Part shown: positions 16,719 to 30,701 of the stretch, piece after piece | Position numbering within the stretch: the first letter of the stretch is position 1 | How the letters are laid out: each line of letters opens with the position of its first letter | Origin: Eledone cirrhosa | Lineage: Eukaryota | Length of the DNA stretch: 64,000 bases | Assembly: GCA_964016885.1 (NCBI GenBank) | Contig: OZ024744.1 | Location: 37,696,001-37,760,000, forward strand | Direction of reading: 5' to 3' | The notes under the pieces: model-generated | Database searches by the model: none | Told to the model about the DNA's origin: nothing | Seen by the model: the letters and a program-made list of their open reading frames with translations, nothing else | Made by a program: the position numbers and the translations under genes

Positions 16719-17026
16719 CAAAGTTTGTTTTACAAATAGAGACATACCCAGGAAAATCATACCTTATCAGTTGGATATTCTCTGGATAGTGGAAATGTAT
16801 TATGGATTTTTCAAGCTTATGGGAGAATATGCAAATAAATATGTAAATAATTGAAAAGCAACCTTTTATTTAAACGACTATGGTTGCTTTTCAATTATTT
16901 ACATATTCATTTGCATATTCACCCATAAGTTTGAAAAATCCAGAATACATTTCCACTATCCAGAGAATATCCAACTGATAAGGTATGGTTTTCCTGGGTA
17001 TGTCTCTATTTATAAAACAAACTTTG

Positions 17027-17089
17027 TATTTTATCTGAAGAAAACGTACCAAAGTGTTTTGGTACCCTTGCAATATATATAATAAAATA
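17027..17089 (+). ncRNA. Type I hammerhead, GAAA mutated to GCAA
   Basis: Mirror copy of 16656-16718. Confidence 0.65.
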
Positions 17090-17229
17090 AATATGGTTTT
17101 ATAAATATAGTTTCCATTTATTTAATATCATTGTATATATACTCCAGTAAACAGTTGAGTGTTCTAAATCAGTTATAAACATTTATATTTATATTTGTCG
17201 GATTTCTAACAAATTAAATATCCCTTCTA

Positions 17230-17272
<43 letters not shown>

Positions 17273-17694
17273 TCATCATCATGATCATCATCATCATCGT
17301 TTTACACCGCATATGCCCGCGTACAAGTCGACCGACCCCTAAAGTTCTGAAGTGTAATCCAAAAGAAAAGATAAGGCAGTACCATCTCCCCAGCCCTAGA
17401 TGTGCTTGCCATTCTTCATTTGCTCGAACATATAAAGCATGGAGTAAACCAAACTAGCCTAACCTTAATGAAACTAGTGGAACCTACCCAATGTACTACG
17501 GCAAGTCATTGTTTTATTATTATCACTGCGTTGAATAGACTATATATTTTCAACCGTTCAACACATTGGCAGAAAGGTATACAGTCGTGTCACCGGCACG
17601 GCACCGCTTCAAATAGGGCTGGGTTTTTTTTTACAAACGAAACGAAAACTATTGTTGATGTTCGATATAATCCATTCCTACATATGTATGTGTA

Positions 17695-17769
<75 letters not shown>

Positions 17770-17771
<2 letters not shown>

Positions 17772-17945
17772 GGTCTGACGCCATGCTTTGCAGCAAACAG
17801 TTACGGCCCTTTATGGGCTGAGTTCAAATCCCGCCGAAGTTAACTTTGCCTTTCATCCTTACGGGGTCGATAAAATAAAGTACCAGTAATACCCTGGGAT
17901 TATTGCTGGCCTTGATCCAAAAGTAAAAACAATTATTATTATTAT
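17770..17945 (+). mobile_element. tRNA-SINE (Meta/MESC core), 5'-truncated
   Basis: B box gagttcaaatcc; core gcctttcatccttacggggtcgataaaataaagtaccag; (ATT)n tail. Confidence 0.8.
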
Positions 17946-18265
17946 TCTTTGAGTCTCAGTCATTTATGTTATTTAACTGGAAAGTTTGTTGAAATGAATA
18001 TCAAACCACTACCTGCAGCCTCAGATGTTCAGGACGTATCGGAGGGTTCTTGCTGTTCCCAGTAAACATGCCTTTTGAAGTGTTCCAAAAAGCGGGGCTG
18101 GACTAATCTTCTTTGACCATCCTTGGAAACTCTTTGAGATAGTATCTAGTGCGCCTATGACAATCGGGACGACTCTGACTTCATGGCAGTTCCAAATCCT
18201 TTTTACCTCCCACTTTAAGTCCTGGTATCGGTTAATTTTCTCCCTCCCGTCTTGCACTCTCGTGA
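17935..18265 (-). mobile_element. 5'-truncated copy of the Dong-like LINE 3' end
   Basis: ORF 18021-18257 is nearly identical to the C-terminus of 1871-2176; same 3' UTR; (AAT)n tail. Confidence 0.9.
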
Positions 18266-18440
18266 TTATTACTATTCTTATTATTAACTTTACCTTTCAT
18301 CCTTACGGGGTCGATACAATAAAGTACTAGTAATACACTAGATAATTGCTGGCCTGGTGCCAAAAGTAGAAACAATTATTATTATTATATGTACAGTTTA
18401 AAGTTTAATCAAAATCTTATATGTTTATATATATATTTAA

Positions 18441-18630
18441 TGGTGGATTGGCAGTATTGGTAGAGGGTCGGACGCCATGCTTTCCAGCATAGTTACATCC
18501 CTTTACGATCTGAGTTCAAATCCCGCCGAGGTTAACTTTGCCTTCATCCTTACGGGGTCGATAAAATAAAGTACCAGTAATGCACTTGGTAATTGCTGGC
18601 CTTGTGCCTAAAGTAGAAACAATTATTATA
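18441..18630 (+). mobile_element. Full-length tRNA-derived SINE (Meta/MESC core)
   Basis: A box tggcagtattgg, B box gagttcaaatcc, Meta-like core, (ATT)n tail; partial copies at 18285-18390 and 18795-18860 (-). Confidence 0.85.
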
Positions 18631-18860
18631 TGTACAATTTAAAGTTTAATCAAAATCTTATATGTTTATATATATATTTAATATAGAAATGGCTTCTACA
18701 GGAATAAAACTGTTTTATTCCTGTAGAAGCCATTTCTATATTAAATATATATATAAACATATAAGATTTTGATTAAACTTTAAACTGTACATATAATAAT
18801 TGTTTCTACTTTTGGCACAAGGCCAGCAATTATCTAGTGTATTACTGGTACTTTATTTTA
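18555..18860. repeat. Near-perfect ~150-bp-arm palindrome centred at ~18710
   Basis: ggcttctacaggaataaaac-t-gttttattcctgtagaagcc, extending outward into SINE sequence. Confidence 0.85.
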
Positions 18861-19257
18861 TATATATATATATATGCATATATATATAATCCTTATCGAG
18901 GCTTCTTCCGATTTTAGTCTTCACATTTATAATGCATAAAATGATATAAGAAGGCTAAGACTGCAAAATAGACGGCAAAATGGAGTCAATGAAAAAATAA
19001 GTTACCTGGTATATATTCACTTTTTTTTTTTTCATCCTAATATATGCATATATACATATATATAGACATATATCTATGTATATATATTTATATATATATA
19101 TATAGAATAATATGCATATAAATATATATATATACATAACTACGTATGTATGCGTATATATATATAATATATACATATATACATATATCTATAATTATAA
19201 TGATAATAAAGATCAGGGATGAAGTAATAATATGGTATCATTATGTTTATTCACGTG

Positions 19258-19342
19258 TGAAGCGCATTTCACGATCGATTAGATCAAGGTATGATCGGTA
19301 TCGATCGGTTGCCTCTTCAATCGATATCTCTTCAGATTTGTG
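19258..19342 (-). ncRNA. Possible hammerhead with long stem II
   Basis: CTGAAGA-gatatcgatt...aatcgatcgt-GAAAtgcgcTT; stem I is weak. Confidence 0.4.
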
Positions 19343-19459
19343 GATTCCTTATTTTCTACATTCTTTCTATTTCAGCCGCCCACACAAATCAAATGCAATG
19401 AATAACGTTCACCCCAACCGAACATGAATTAGCCACGCCTTAAGTAAATATATATATAT

Positions 19460-19810
19460 GCAGAGGTTATATTTAATTTGTTGAGATTCAACTAGCTTAA
19501 ACATTTTTTATAACTGATATAAAGCACTCAACAGTTTAGTGGAGTAAATATACAATATATTAACAAATGGAAACTATATTTATAAAACCATATTTATTTT
19601 ATTATACATATTTCAAGGGCCACCAAGAAGCTCCAACCGCTGAGATTGTCTTTTTTTCAGGGTATGTCAATATTTATTTATAAAACAAATCTGTATTGTA
19701 TTTTATCTGATGAAAGCGCACCATAATTTGCCTTGGTGACCCTTGAAATATGTATAATAAAATAAATATGGTTTTATAAATATAGTTTCCATTTGTTAAT
19801 ATATTGTATA
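19460..19810. mobile_element. Fold-back PLE derivative with intact hammerhead at 19699-19764 (+)
   Basis: IR 19555-19622 / 19735-19806; tattttat-CTGATGA-aagcgcacca..tggtgaccctt-GAAAtatgtaTA-ataaaata. Confidence 0.8.
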
Positions 19811-19893
19811 TATATATACTTAATCGAATCCAAAGTTCATCCGACTTGTATATATATATATACATACATATAAATACATATATATATATATAT

Positions 19894-20008
<115 letters not shown>

Positions 20009-20042
20009 ATAAACGTGCTGCGTGGTTGCTAATGGGTTACAT

Positions 20043-20508
20043 ATGAATAAAGTTAGTCCTTCATCAGTGATCTTCCAACCATCATTGGTATTTCATCGCT
20101 TTAAAGACCATATACTTCCGGTTGGTGCGAGCAACGGCTAAAAAAAGTCTTTGGGACACGTAAATAAAGGGGATACGAGAGTGTAAACAAACAAAGATGG
20201 TCAAGCAACGAAAAGTGAGGAAGAAGGAGTCAAGTCCCAAATTTCCATGAATATAAGTTCGGTAAAATCGTGAACGAGAGAGAATAAAGACCATCAAACC
20301 TGGTTGGAATGTGAGCAAGGAAGGAATTCCGTACAGGACTAACGGGTTCACCATCTTTGTTTGTTTACACTTTCGTGTCCCCTTTATTTACGTGTCCCAA
20401 CGACTTTTTTTAACCGTTGCTCGCACCAACCGGAGGTATAATGTCTTTAAAGCGATGAAATACCAATGATGGTTGGAAGATCACTGATGAAGGACTAACT
20501 TTATTCAT
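20043..20508. repeat. Fold-back element with ~155-bp inverted arms ending in a hammerhead 5' half (CTGATGAAGGACTA)
   Basis: 20043-20200 is the reverse complement of 20355-20508. Confidence 0.8.
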
Positions 20509-20511
20509 ATA

Positions 20512-20584
<73 letters not shown>

Positions 20585-20774
20585 ATATATGTGTGTATGT
20601 GTGGATATATGTGTATATATGTATATATATATGTATATGTGTGTGAGTATATATATATATTTATATATATGTATGTATATATATATATATGTATATATAT
20701 ATGTATATGTATGTATATGTGTATATGTATGTGTGTATGTGTGTATATATATATATATGTGTATGTATATATAT

Positions 20775-21531
20775 ATAAACAATTAAGTTAAAGTGTACAT
20801 CTACATATGTATACGGAAGTATTAGTATGCATATAAATACACACATGTATACATATGTACATGTACTCAGCTTTTCACTAGACACTTTACAGTGAGTGTC
20901 AGCTAGTCTGTATGTAACCACACAGGCGGACCGGGTTTTAGAGTCATACGAGTTTTCAAGGAAACACATTTCCTCTATTCTCCAGAGGGCCAGACAGGAA
21001 TATTGGACTAGTTTCGATGTTATTACATCTCATCAGCAATATTTACCCATCTTCCGCCTTCTCTGGAGAATTGTAAAAGCACATATCGTTATATGCTTTT
21101 TCTATGAAAATTAGTAGTGGGTAGACTAATTTGTATAGAGCGTGAGTCATTGTACGCACCGGTTCAGCGGAAACGATAAAAACAAATAACGAAACGGAAG
21201 ATGGGTAAATATTGCTGATGAGATGTAATAACATCGAAACTAGTCCAATATTCCTGTCTGGCCCTCTGGAGAATAGAGGAAATGTGTTTCCTTGAAAACT
21301 CGTATGACTCTAAAACCCGGTCCGCCTGTGTGGTTACATACAGACTAGCTGACACTCACTGTAAAGTGTCTAGTGAAAAGCTGAGTACATATGTATACAT
21401 GTGTGTATTTATATGCATACTAATACTTCCGTATACATATGTAGATGTACACTTTAACTTAATTGTTTAAGCGTCAGTCATACAAAAGTGAGTTAGAAGC
21501 GAAACGAAATTTAATTTCGTTTCGTTATTTG

Positions 21532-21538
<7 letters not shown>
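20775..21538. repeat. Fold-back element with ~280-bp inverted arms (20775-21057 / 21194-21468)
   Basis: Mirror-image ORFs in the track (20896+ / 21355-; 20969- / 21282+) confirm near identity. Confidence 0.9.
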
Positions 21539-21628
<90 letters not shown>

Positions 21629-21900
21629 ATATGTGCGTGTATATGTATATGTGTATGTATATGTATATATGTATATATATGTGTATATATATATATATGT
21701 GGGTATATATATATGTATATATATATGTGTATGTATGTATGTATATATTTGTATGTATGTTTATGTATATATATTTATATATATATGTGTATATATATAT
21801 GTGTATATGTGTGTGTGTGTATATATTTATGTTTATGTGTGTATGTGTATATATATGTATATATGTATATATGTATATATATGTATATGTGTATATATAA

Positions 21901-21975
<75 letters not shown>

Positions 21976-22241
21976 GAAATACTGTTAGCTTCTCGCTAAA
22001 ACAATTTCTATACCTTTCATTTATATATATATATATATATGTATGTATTTATGTATGGATATATATGTATATGTGTATATGTGTGTATATGTGTATATGT
22101 ATATATGTGTGTATATGTGTATATATGTATATATATATATATGTGTGTAGATCTGTGTGTGTATATATGTATGTGTATGTATGCATACACATATATATGT
22201 ATATATATATATATGTGTGTATATGTATGTATGTGTGTATG

Positions 22242-22331
<90 letters not shown>

Positions 22332-22439
22332 TATGCATACGTGTATATATGTATATATGTATATATATATGTATATATATATGTATGTATGTATCTATAT
22401 GTATGTATGTGTGTGTGTGTGTATATATATATATATAGA

Positions 22440-23720
22440 AGTGGTTACACAACAGTTAGTTCACCATACCGAGAACAATTGTTTCACCTTCGCAGATCTT
22501 CAGCTCGGGATGTGTATGGTTATAGGAACAGGAAGGACAACGGTACGAACGCGCATGCGCAGAAACTTGGTCACTTCACGCAGGCAATACTAGACTGCGT
22601 GCGGAAGGTGTAAGGGAGATAACTGCGAAAGTCCGGAAAGTTTTTAGGTGGAAAATAAAATTTAAAAAAATTAAAAATAAAATTACAAAGAATCCATCCG
22701 GAGCCTTGTAGTTAAGCAATAGATATTTGCTGACGTGTGGACAACGTGTGAAAAATTCACACCTCGTATTTAGGCAATCACTATTGCGTAATCTCTTTAG
22801 GGTAGTTATTCGTTCGTCAATACATAAGCCATACGTCGGATTTCGTGATGGCCTTCCATTGAATGGAGTAGCCTATACTTGAGTCCTTGAGGGACCATAC
22901 GTGGCTCGCGAGTTTCGTGGATGAACGTCTGTCCGGGTATCTGAAGGTAGACTAGTGGTTCAGGAAACGCTCCTTGAATCGGCCCTCCGCTATGCCTACA
23001 TAGGATTTGACCTCCTGTGGTTCGTTTGGTCCGTTGGAAGTGACCACAGCTTCATAGATTACAGCTGGTGTGTTGCATTGCTGTTGAAGGGGGTAAGCTT
23101 CAGGCTTACGGCAAGAGCACTCTGGTGGGGTGTTGCTCCTAGGGCTGCTGGTGATGTGGGCCTTCATGTTCTTAGCGCAGGAGTATCCTAGTTTAACTTT
23201 GTGTCGGTTAAAGATGGAGCGGTATTTATGACCTATGGGAAAGTGTCTATCTAAGAGGGCTAGAAATGTTTTTCCTACATTGTTTTAAGAGTGAGAAGGG
23301 AGGAGAGAACCAGATAGTTTGTCTATTGATGCGCTTACTTTTCTTAATATTGTTGTAGCTAGTGGGAGAGTAGGTGATAGGTTGTGAGACGCCGCTGTTA
23401 GCCAACGCCGTGTTATAGTAGGGTGCCGCCCTGTCAAAGATAGCTTTATTAGAGGAGAGGTTTGAGATTCTAGTACTGATATTCTCAACGAAGTTTCTAA
23501 AAACAGTGGGAGGGACGCATGAGTCCTTGTGAATGTAATTACGTTTCTCGTTTAGCTTATGGAAGGGTCTGTGGGTGGGTGTTCGAAGGTCTAAATTAAT
23601 GTCTCAGAAATCTACGCTAGAGAGGTTGATGGCTACTGTTATCCTAAGACCTAACTCATTGAAGGTAGAAGCTAAATCCATCGTCACGGTATATTCCCGT
23701 GTGGAAGTCCGGGAATCTAA
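22440..23720 (-). mobile_element. Degenerate Naiad-type Penelope element (RT C-terminal part, CxC-x5-C finger, GIY-YIG, 3' pLTR)
   Basis: [50 protein letters not shown]. Confidence 0.8.
22469..22508 (-). ncRNA. Minimal type I hammerhead at the 3' end of a PLE relic
   Basis: ccgag-CTGAAGA-tctgcgaaggt-GAAACAATTGTT-ctcgg; perfect stem I; palindromic stem III. Confidence 0.85.
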
Positions 23721-23773
23721 CACGTAAATATGTCTAAGATAAAAAGGCCAACCATATATATATACACACACAT

Positions 23774-23806
<33 letters not shown>

Positions 23807-23889
23807 GTGTGTGTATATATATATATATATGTATATGTGTGTATTTATATATATATATATGTATATGTGTGTATATATATATATGTATA

Positions 23890-23945
<56 letters not shown>

Positions 23946-23951
23946 CATATA

Positions 23952-24038
<87 letters not shown>

Positions 24039-24055
24039 GTATATATATACATATA

Positions 24056-24124
<69 letters not shown>

Positions 24125-24695
24125 CCCAGTACTACCTGTCTCATGGTTGGGGCGTTGGCGACTAATCTGGCAACCCCACCAAGGTTTCTTGGTGAGGATA
24201 GTGACTTTGGACATCCTACAGGACTAAAAACAAAACCTGTCAAAGGGCAAAGGACCTCTTAAGAGTCAATAGCCATCCAAAATCACCGGGAGAGATGACC
24301 CCTTAGCCTTTGTCAAGGCAGAATTCTAGGAGAAGGAAAACTCTGATATAACACCTGCAACTCTGATGGTATCCAATGATGTTGACTTGTTCTTTTTTTT
24401 GGTAAATATCATCTTGGTTAAGAGAGTGGGACTGGCTTTGTGCAGTGCCTTTGCTCACTATAAAAGCTTAACGGCACAGGCATTGCTTTATATCTGGAGA
24501 TCTCTCTGCACTTGTCGTTACATGGTACCATGGGCCCAGCACTATGTGTTAATAATTGTCACAAGTGTAGTGTTTGTACCAGAGTTTCCAATTCGCTGGC
24601 TAGACTAAAAAGTCACACTCGTTCAGCGCATCGGTGGGGTTCTCCTACATGGATATAAAGTAGTGGCCGTACTCGAAAACGAGATGGCAGCCACC
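24125..24695 (+). repeat. Dispersed non-coding interspersed repeat (copy at 27731-28187; diverged relative at 26873-27288)
   Basis: ~450 bp nearly identical (track ORFs 24366 and 27856 match); ends in TA/TATG microsatellite. Confidence 0.8.
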
Positions 24696-25213
24696 ATATA
24701 TATATGTATTTCTGTGGGGGGTGGGGGGCGTGTGTGTGTGTGTTTGTGAATGTGTCTGTTGACATTTGGAATATAGCTTAAAAGAAACTTGAAGATAATG
24801 GTATGATAGGCACTCAATATTTTGAACTGGTCTATAGAATTATCTAGGCCTTTGTCACTCTTAGTAGAACCTTAAAGAATTAGCTTATAAGAATTTCCCT
24901 TTTCTTTAAATCCATCAACCATGACTGATCCCCAACGATCTTATAGACACCTGATATATAGGCATTGTTAGCTTAAGAGAAACTTAAAAATAAGGAGTGG
25001 CACCCCATTCTGAACTTGTTTATAGAATTCTTTCTGCCTTTGTTACTCTAAATATAAATTATAGCTTTAAAGAATTAGCTTTTCTATCAACCAATGACCT
25101 CTACTCATCCCACTCCCTACCCTCTCCTACCACATGAAGAAACCTATAAATACCATATTTATACCCAGATTCCTGATGATTTCTAAAGGATGAAACATAT
25201 ATATATACACACG

Positions 25214-25269
<56 letters not shown>

Positions 25270-25285
25270 CATACATATATACATA

Positions 25286-25323
<38 letters not shown>

Positions 25324-25328
<5 letters not shown>

Positions 25329-25712
25329 GGAATAAATGAAACGAAATTTCATTTCTCACTCTTAGTACGGCTGTTACTTAAATATAAGTATGTATACGTA
25401 CATAAATATATGTATACAGACGTACAGTAGTATGTATATATATATACATACATGCAAAGTATATATATGTACGTATGGATTCACCGAACATTTATTATAA
25501 TGCTCGGTGTGTTTGTAAACAAACATCCCGAATTAAGCCGTAGTGTCTAGCAACCATCGTTGCTCATTTGTTCAACACTGACAAAGGAACGCTGTACTAG
25601 TTTCAAGCTTATTAGCTATCGTCAGCCACGTATACCTTCCTGCCAAATGGTTGAACGTCTGAAAGTATATACTTTCCTTATGCATATTAACGGCTGAGCA
25701 GCCTAATTTGCA
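25324..25712 (+). repeat. Dispersed repeat, copy of the 34966-35345 unit
   Basis: taaacgga..tgaaacgaaatttcattt..gctcggtgtgtttgtaaacaaacatcccg is shared. Confidence 0.8.
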
Positions 25713-25965
25713 ATTCTATGTTAAGCTCGTAGCTCCACTGTATACAACGGTTGTAGTTGCGATTTGGTCGAAGAAGACTTGTACGTTTTGCCATGATGAG
25801 TTCGTCTATTCACTAATATTTTCTATTTATTTTTCAAAAGTTCTGTCAGAATCAAATTTAAAGTTATTCACAGCCTGGGTAATATTTCTTTTCAGTTAGT
25901 TTTTAATTCTACAACTGTGTTTTAAACGTTGTTCTTGAATCGTTTGAATCGAGAACAAAAAGAAC

Positions 25966-26243
25966 CGTTACTTAGTATATTCCTTTATGAATGTAATATA
26001 ATATAACAACGCTGTATTTATATGTTAAAGTTTATGTATCATTCATATAAATAGGTGTTCTACAACTTATTCACAACATATTCACAGTTCAAACACTTAT
26101 GTTTTTGTTTCTGAATCGAAAACGTTACTTGTATATTTCTTTATAAATGTAATATAACAACGTTGCATTTATATGTTAAAGTGTATGTATCGTTCATATA
26201 AATAGGTGTTTTACAACACACTTACAGTTCAAACACTTATGTA
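25966..26243. repeat. ~155-bp tandem duplication
   Basis: cgttactt..tgtaatataacaacg..cagttcaaacacttatg occurs twice. Confidence 0.75.
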
Positions 26244-27730
26244 GAATTATTGTATGTTATCTTACCGCGTAATGTAGCTCAACTCTTTCCAATATATGCT
26301 ATGTTGCCTTCATGTAAGCCGTAATTACACACGTCCGATTATCGGACACTGACCACAACGGTCGCCATTGTATGTATGTATGTGTGAATGTATGTATGTA
26401 TGTATGTATGTTCTTCTGGTTTTATAATTTCACAAATGTTTGCCAATAGAGAGAGAGTCGGTTTCTAACACAGACACAAGACTCTCTCATTGGAACTTAC
26501 ACAACATCATCTAGGTAGATATGTATGTATGTCTGCATGTGTGTGTAGATATGGATGTTATTGTATGTGCGGATGTGTATGTTTTGAGTTGTATGTGTGC
26601 TTGTGTATATGATTTGTATCTGTACATGTGTGTATATGCAGTTATTACATGCAGAATGTTTGGAATATTTTACATATTTTTACTGTTCCATTAATGGATT
26701 GTACTTGTAATTTCCTTACTAGTTCCCGTGAAACTCAGCTTCTCAAGATTTGTATTGAGGCAGTTACTAACATATCCCAGCAAATATGTATGTAACCATG
26801 TATGTTTGTACGTATGGCATGGTTTGGTATGTATATATGTATGTCACTCCTCAGCGCTACTGTTAACATGTAACCCAGTACAACTTGCGCATGGTCGGCT
26901 TGTCGGCGACTAAACCGGAAACACCACCAAACTTGCTTGATGAGTAGGGTGATTTTGAACACCCTGCAGTATGAAAATCAAAACCCGTCAAAGGCGGAGG
27001 AACTCAGGAGAATCAACGGCCATTCAATAAAGTGTTATTTTTTTTGTGGAGTGAGAGACGCCGAGTCTTCATTAAGACATCTCTCTAAGTAAATGTTCAG
27101 AGAGAGGGATTGGCCCCGTGGAAAGCCTTTCCTCACTTAAAAAAGCCTCAATTGATATGTGGCATTCTTTGCGATGCATGGCATTGCTGGCCATAGGCAA
27201 GTCCCTAGCAGGACTAAAAAGCCACGTCCGTGATACTCATGCTTAAGTATCAAACGATGGCATTACTCGAAATCGAGTTGCAGCCATTATGTATGTATAT
27301 ACGTAAATATGTATGTATGTAATTATGTATATATGTAAATATGTAATTAAGTATGTGCATGTATGTATGTATATATATATATATGTGTATGTAATTATGT
27401 ATATATGTATGAATGCATGTATGTAATTATGCATATATAAATGTATATATGTATGTAAGTATGCATGTATGTATGTAATTATGTATAAATGTATACATGT
27501 AATTATGTGTATATGTATGTATATTTGTATGTAAGTATGTATGTGTAAGTAATTATGTATATATGTATGCATTTATGTATGTATGTAATTATGATTATAT
27601 GTATGTATGAACGTATGTATGTATGTGTATATACATATGTATGTATGTATGTAATTATGATTATATGTATGTATGAACGTATGTATGTATGTGTATATAC
27701 GTATGTATGTATGTAATTATGTATGTATGT

Positions 27731-28187
27731 AAAAGGGCAAAGGAGCTCTTAAGAGTCAATGGCCATCCAAAATTACAGGGAGAGATGACCCCTTATTCTT
27801 TGTCAAGGCAGAATTCTAGGAGAAGGAAAACTCTGATATAACACCTGCAACCCTGATGGTATCCAATGATGTTGACTTGTTCTTCTTTTTGGTAAATATC
27901 ATCTTGGTTAAGAGAGTGGGACTGGCTTTGTGCAGTGCCTTTGCTCACTATAAAAGCTTCACGGCACAGGCATTGCTTTATATCTGGAGATCTCTCTGCA
28001 CTTGTCGTCACATGGTACCATGGGCCCAGCACTATGTGTCAATAATTGTCACAAGTGTAGTGTTTGTACCAGGGTTTTCAAGTCGCTAGCTGGACTAAAA
28101 AGTCACACTCGTTCAGCGCATCGGTAGGGTTCTCCTACATGGATATAAAGTAGTGGCCGTACTCGAAAACGAGTTGGCAGCGACCAT
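27731..28187 (+). repeat. Second copy of the 24240-24695 repeat
   Basis: Near-identical sequence. Confidence 0.85.
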
Positions 28188-28700
28188 GTATATATATGTG
28201 TATATATATGTGTATATACATATGTATGTATGTATGTAATTATGTATGTATGTATATGTGTATATATATATACGGCGGCAAAAAGGAAATTGAATTTTTG
28301 TGATACAATACCTCAAGAAATTATATATATTATCATCTTATTAGATTTTCGAAAGATATTGTTTCGAAGTCATAACTCGAGCATGCTGGGTATCTGTGTT
28401 GTGTACATGTGCTTTTCTTTATGTGTTTGTTAACATACCTGCTTGTATATGTATAACGGTGTGCGTGTGTGGATCCGTGTGTCTGTGTGCATGCATGTGT
28501 GTGTGTGTGTTTGTGTGTGTGTGTATGATTGTGCAAGTGTGTGTGCATGCGTCTGCTCACATGTAAGTGGATGTGTGTGTGTATGAGTGTGAGCGCGTCA
28601 GTACATCCGTGTATACAAGTGCATGCAGGCCATTATGTGTGTGTGTATTTGATTGTGCAAGCGTGTGTATATGCGTGTATGTTAGTGTGCACATGCATGT

Positions 28701-28776
<76 letters not shown>

Positions 28777-28981
28777 ATGTTCGTGTGAGCGTGTGTGCAT
28801 GCACGTGTGTGTGCGTGTTTGCATGCGTGTGTGCATGAGTGTATGTATGCGTGTGTTTGTGTGCATGCGAGTGGCTGTGTGTGTACGTACAGCAAAAATA
28901 TTTCTTCCATGTTAAATGTTTCGCAACAAAGATATTATATATTTTTAAGTTATACTTTATTGAAACATAAGAGCCTCTCTC

Positions 28982-29080
<99 letters not shown>

Positions 29081-29480
29081 ATGTTTCCCCCTTTAGATAG
29101 ACAAACATACAGTTAGATAAACAGATATATAGATAGATTGATAGATATGCACATATTTATGTGTGTATGTGTATGTATACATATACATACATGTATTTTT
29201 GTGCACACACACACACATATATATGTATACACACACGCATACATACGTTTATGTGAGTATGTGTGTGTGTATGCATATGCATGTATGTTTGTGTATATAT
29301 ATGCACATACATATGGCTATGTGAGTATGTGTGTGTGTGAGTGTGTGTGTGTGTGTGTGTGAACGTAAGCTGGCCAAACAAACCCGTTGCGTTACAAAAT
29401 ATGCATTGCAGTATTCCTGTCTGTATTCCGCTAAAGAGGTCGATAAATCAAATTCCTGATAAAACAATGGTCCCTTATAT

Positions 29481-29541
<61 letters not shown>

Positions 29542-29547
<6 letters not shown>

Positions 29548-29790
29548 AGATCAAAAGATGGTTAAAGGAGTTCCATGTATTTTATTATGCGCATTTCAAA
29601 AACAAACATCATCATGCAATAATATTTGTGTTTTCATCAGATAAAACAGGAGAACATGATATGAAGGCTAAAAAACACTTGTGGATAGTGCAGTTTTAAA
29701 TCAACATATTATTGCATGATGATGTTTGTTTTTGAAATGCGCATAATAAAATACATGGAACTCCTTTAACCATCTTTTGATCTTATATTA
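29542..29790. repeat. Fold-back element with ~85-bp inverted arms
   Basis: aatataagatcaaaagatgg..catcatgcaataa pairs with ttattgcatgatg..ccatcttttgatcttatatt. Confidence 0.85.
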
Positions 29791-29874
29791 TGCATACTCC
29801 AGTCCTACAAACTGTAGAGTGCTTCTTATCCGATATCTGCATTGCTTTATTGTACTACAATAAAACTCACCTCC

Positions 29875-29951
<77 letters not shown>

Positions 29952-30172
29952 GGATTAACAAATAATAGTTAAATGCAGTCCACTTAGGTGAAGTCCAGTT
30001 ATGGTATTCCAGGTAGTGGATGATATTAACGCTTGGCTTGGTTTGACTCAACAAGGCGTTTTCATAGTGATGCTGCGGGTATGCTGTAATTCCTATGTTG
30101 TAAACACTTGGAGTAATAATAAATCAGGAAAGAAGGTTTACATGGTTTGCTATACAAAAAAGTTTTTAATCA

Positions 30173-30285
30173 CATAGCTTACATTTGTTTCACTGAACTG
30201 GTATGTCTAGAGATCGCTATCCGCCTAATTTTGCGTCACTCGATCGCCAATACAGAATTATAACCAGTCAGATCTTCGGAGCATG
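30173..30285 (-). ncRNA. Type I hammerhead with ~80-nt stem II domain (CCGAAGA core)
   Basis: catgct-CCGAAGA-tctgactggt...accagttcagt-GAAACAAATGTA-agctatg. Confidence 0.65.
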
Positions 30286-30634
30286 CGAGAATGAAGAAAA
30301 TACACAGGCAAGAAAAGAAAAGAAAATATGGAGTAGTTATGGCATTCAATTAGAACAATAACAACAACAATTATTACAACAATGCTATCAATAAACTATT
30401 TAAGGAGACCCTGACATTACTTAGGTGGGGGGGTATATAATGTATCTAATGTTACGGCGTGAAAATCAGCTGTCATAAGGCAAAAAGTATCGTAGTGTGT
30501 ATCAATTTTAAATTATAAAGATAAGCTAGTTTTTACAGTCTTTCTCTTCATCTTCAACAGTATACATGAGTGGGACCACTGTCAAAGCTCAATAGTTGTA
30601 GAGTTAATACAGAGGTTAACGAATTAATATACGC

Positions 30635-30701
<67 letters not shown>

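Larger units (their letters stand above)
16600..17230. mobile_element. Fold-back PLE derivative: ~260-bp inverted arms (16600-16862 / 16883-17140) with a hammerhead in each arm
   Basis: Reverse-complement arms with a ~20-nt spacer; sequence downstream of the hammerhead is homologous to the 5' UTR of the 39658 ORF. Confidence 0.85.

Noticed and set aside
18441-18530. tRNA gene
   Set aside because: The A/B boxes belong to a SINE head; no complete cloverleaf and it continues into the SINE core
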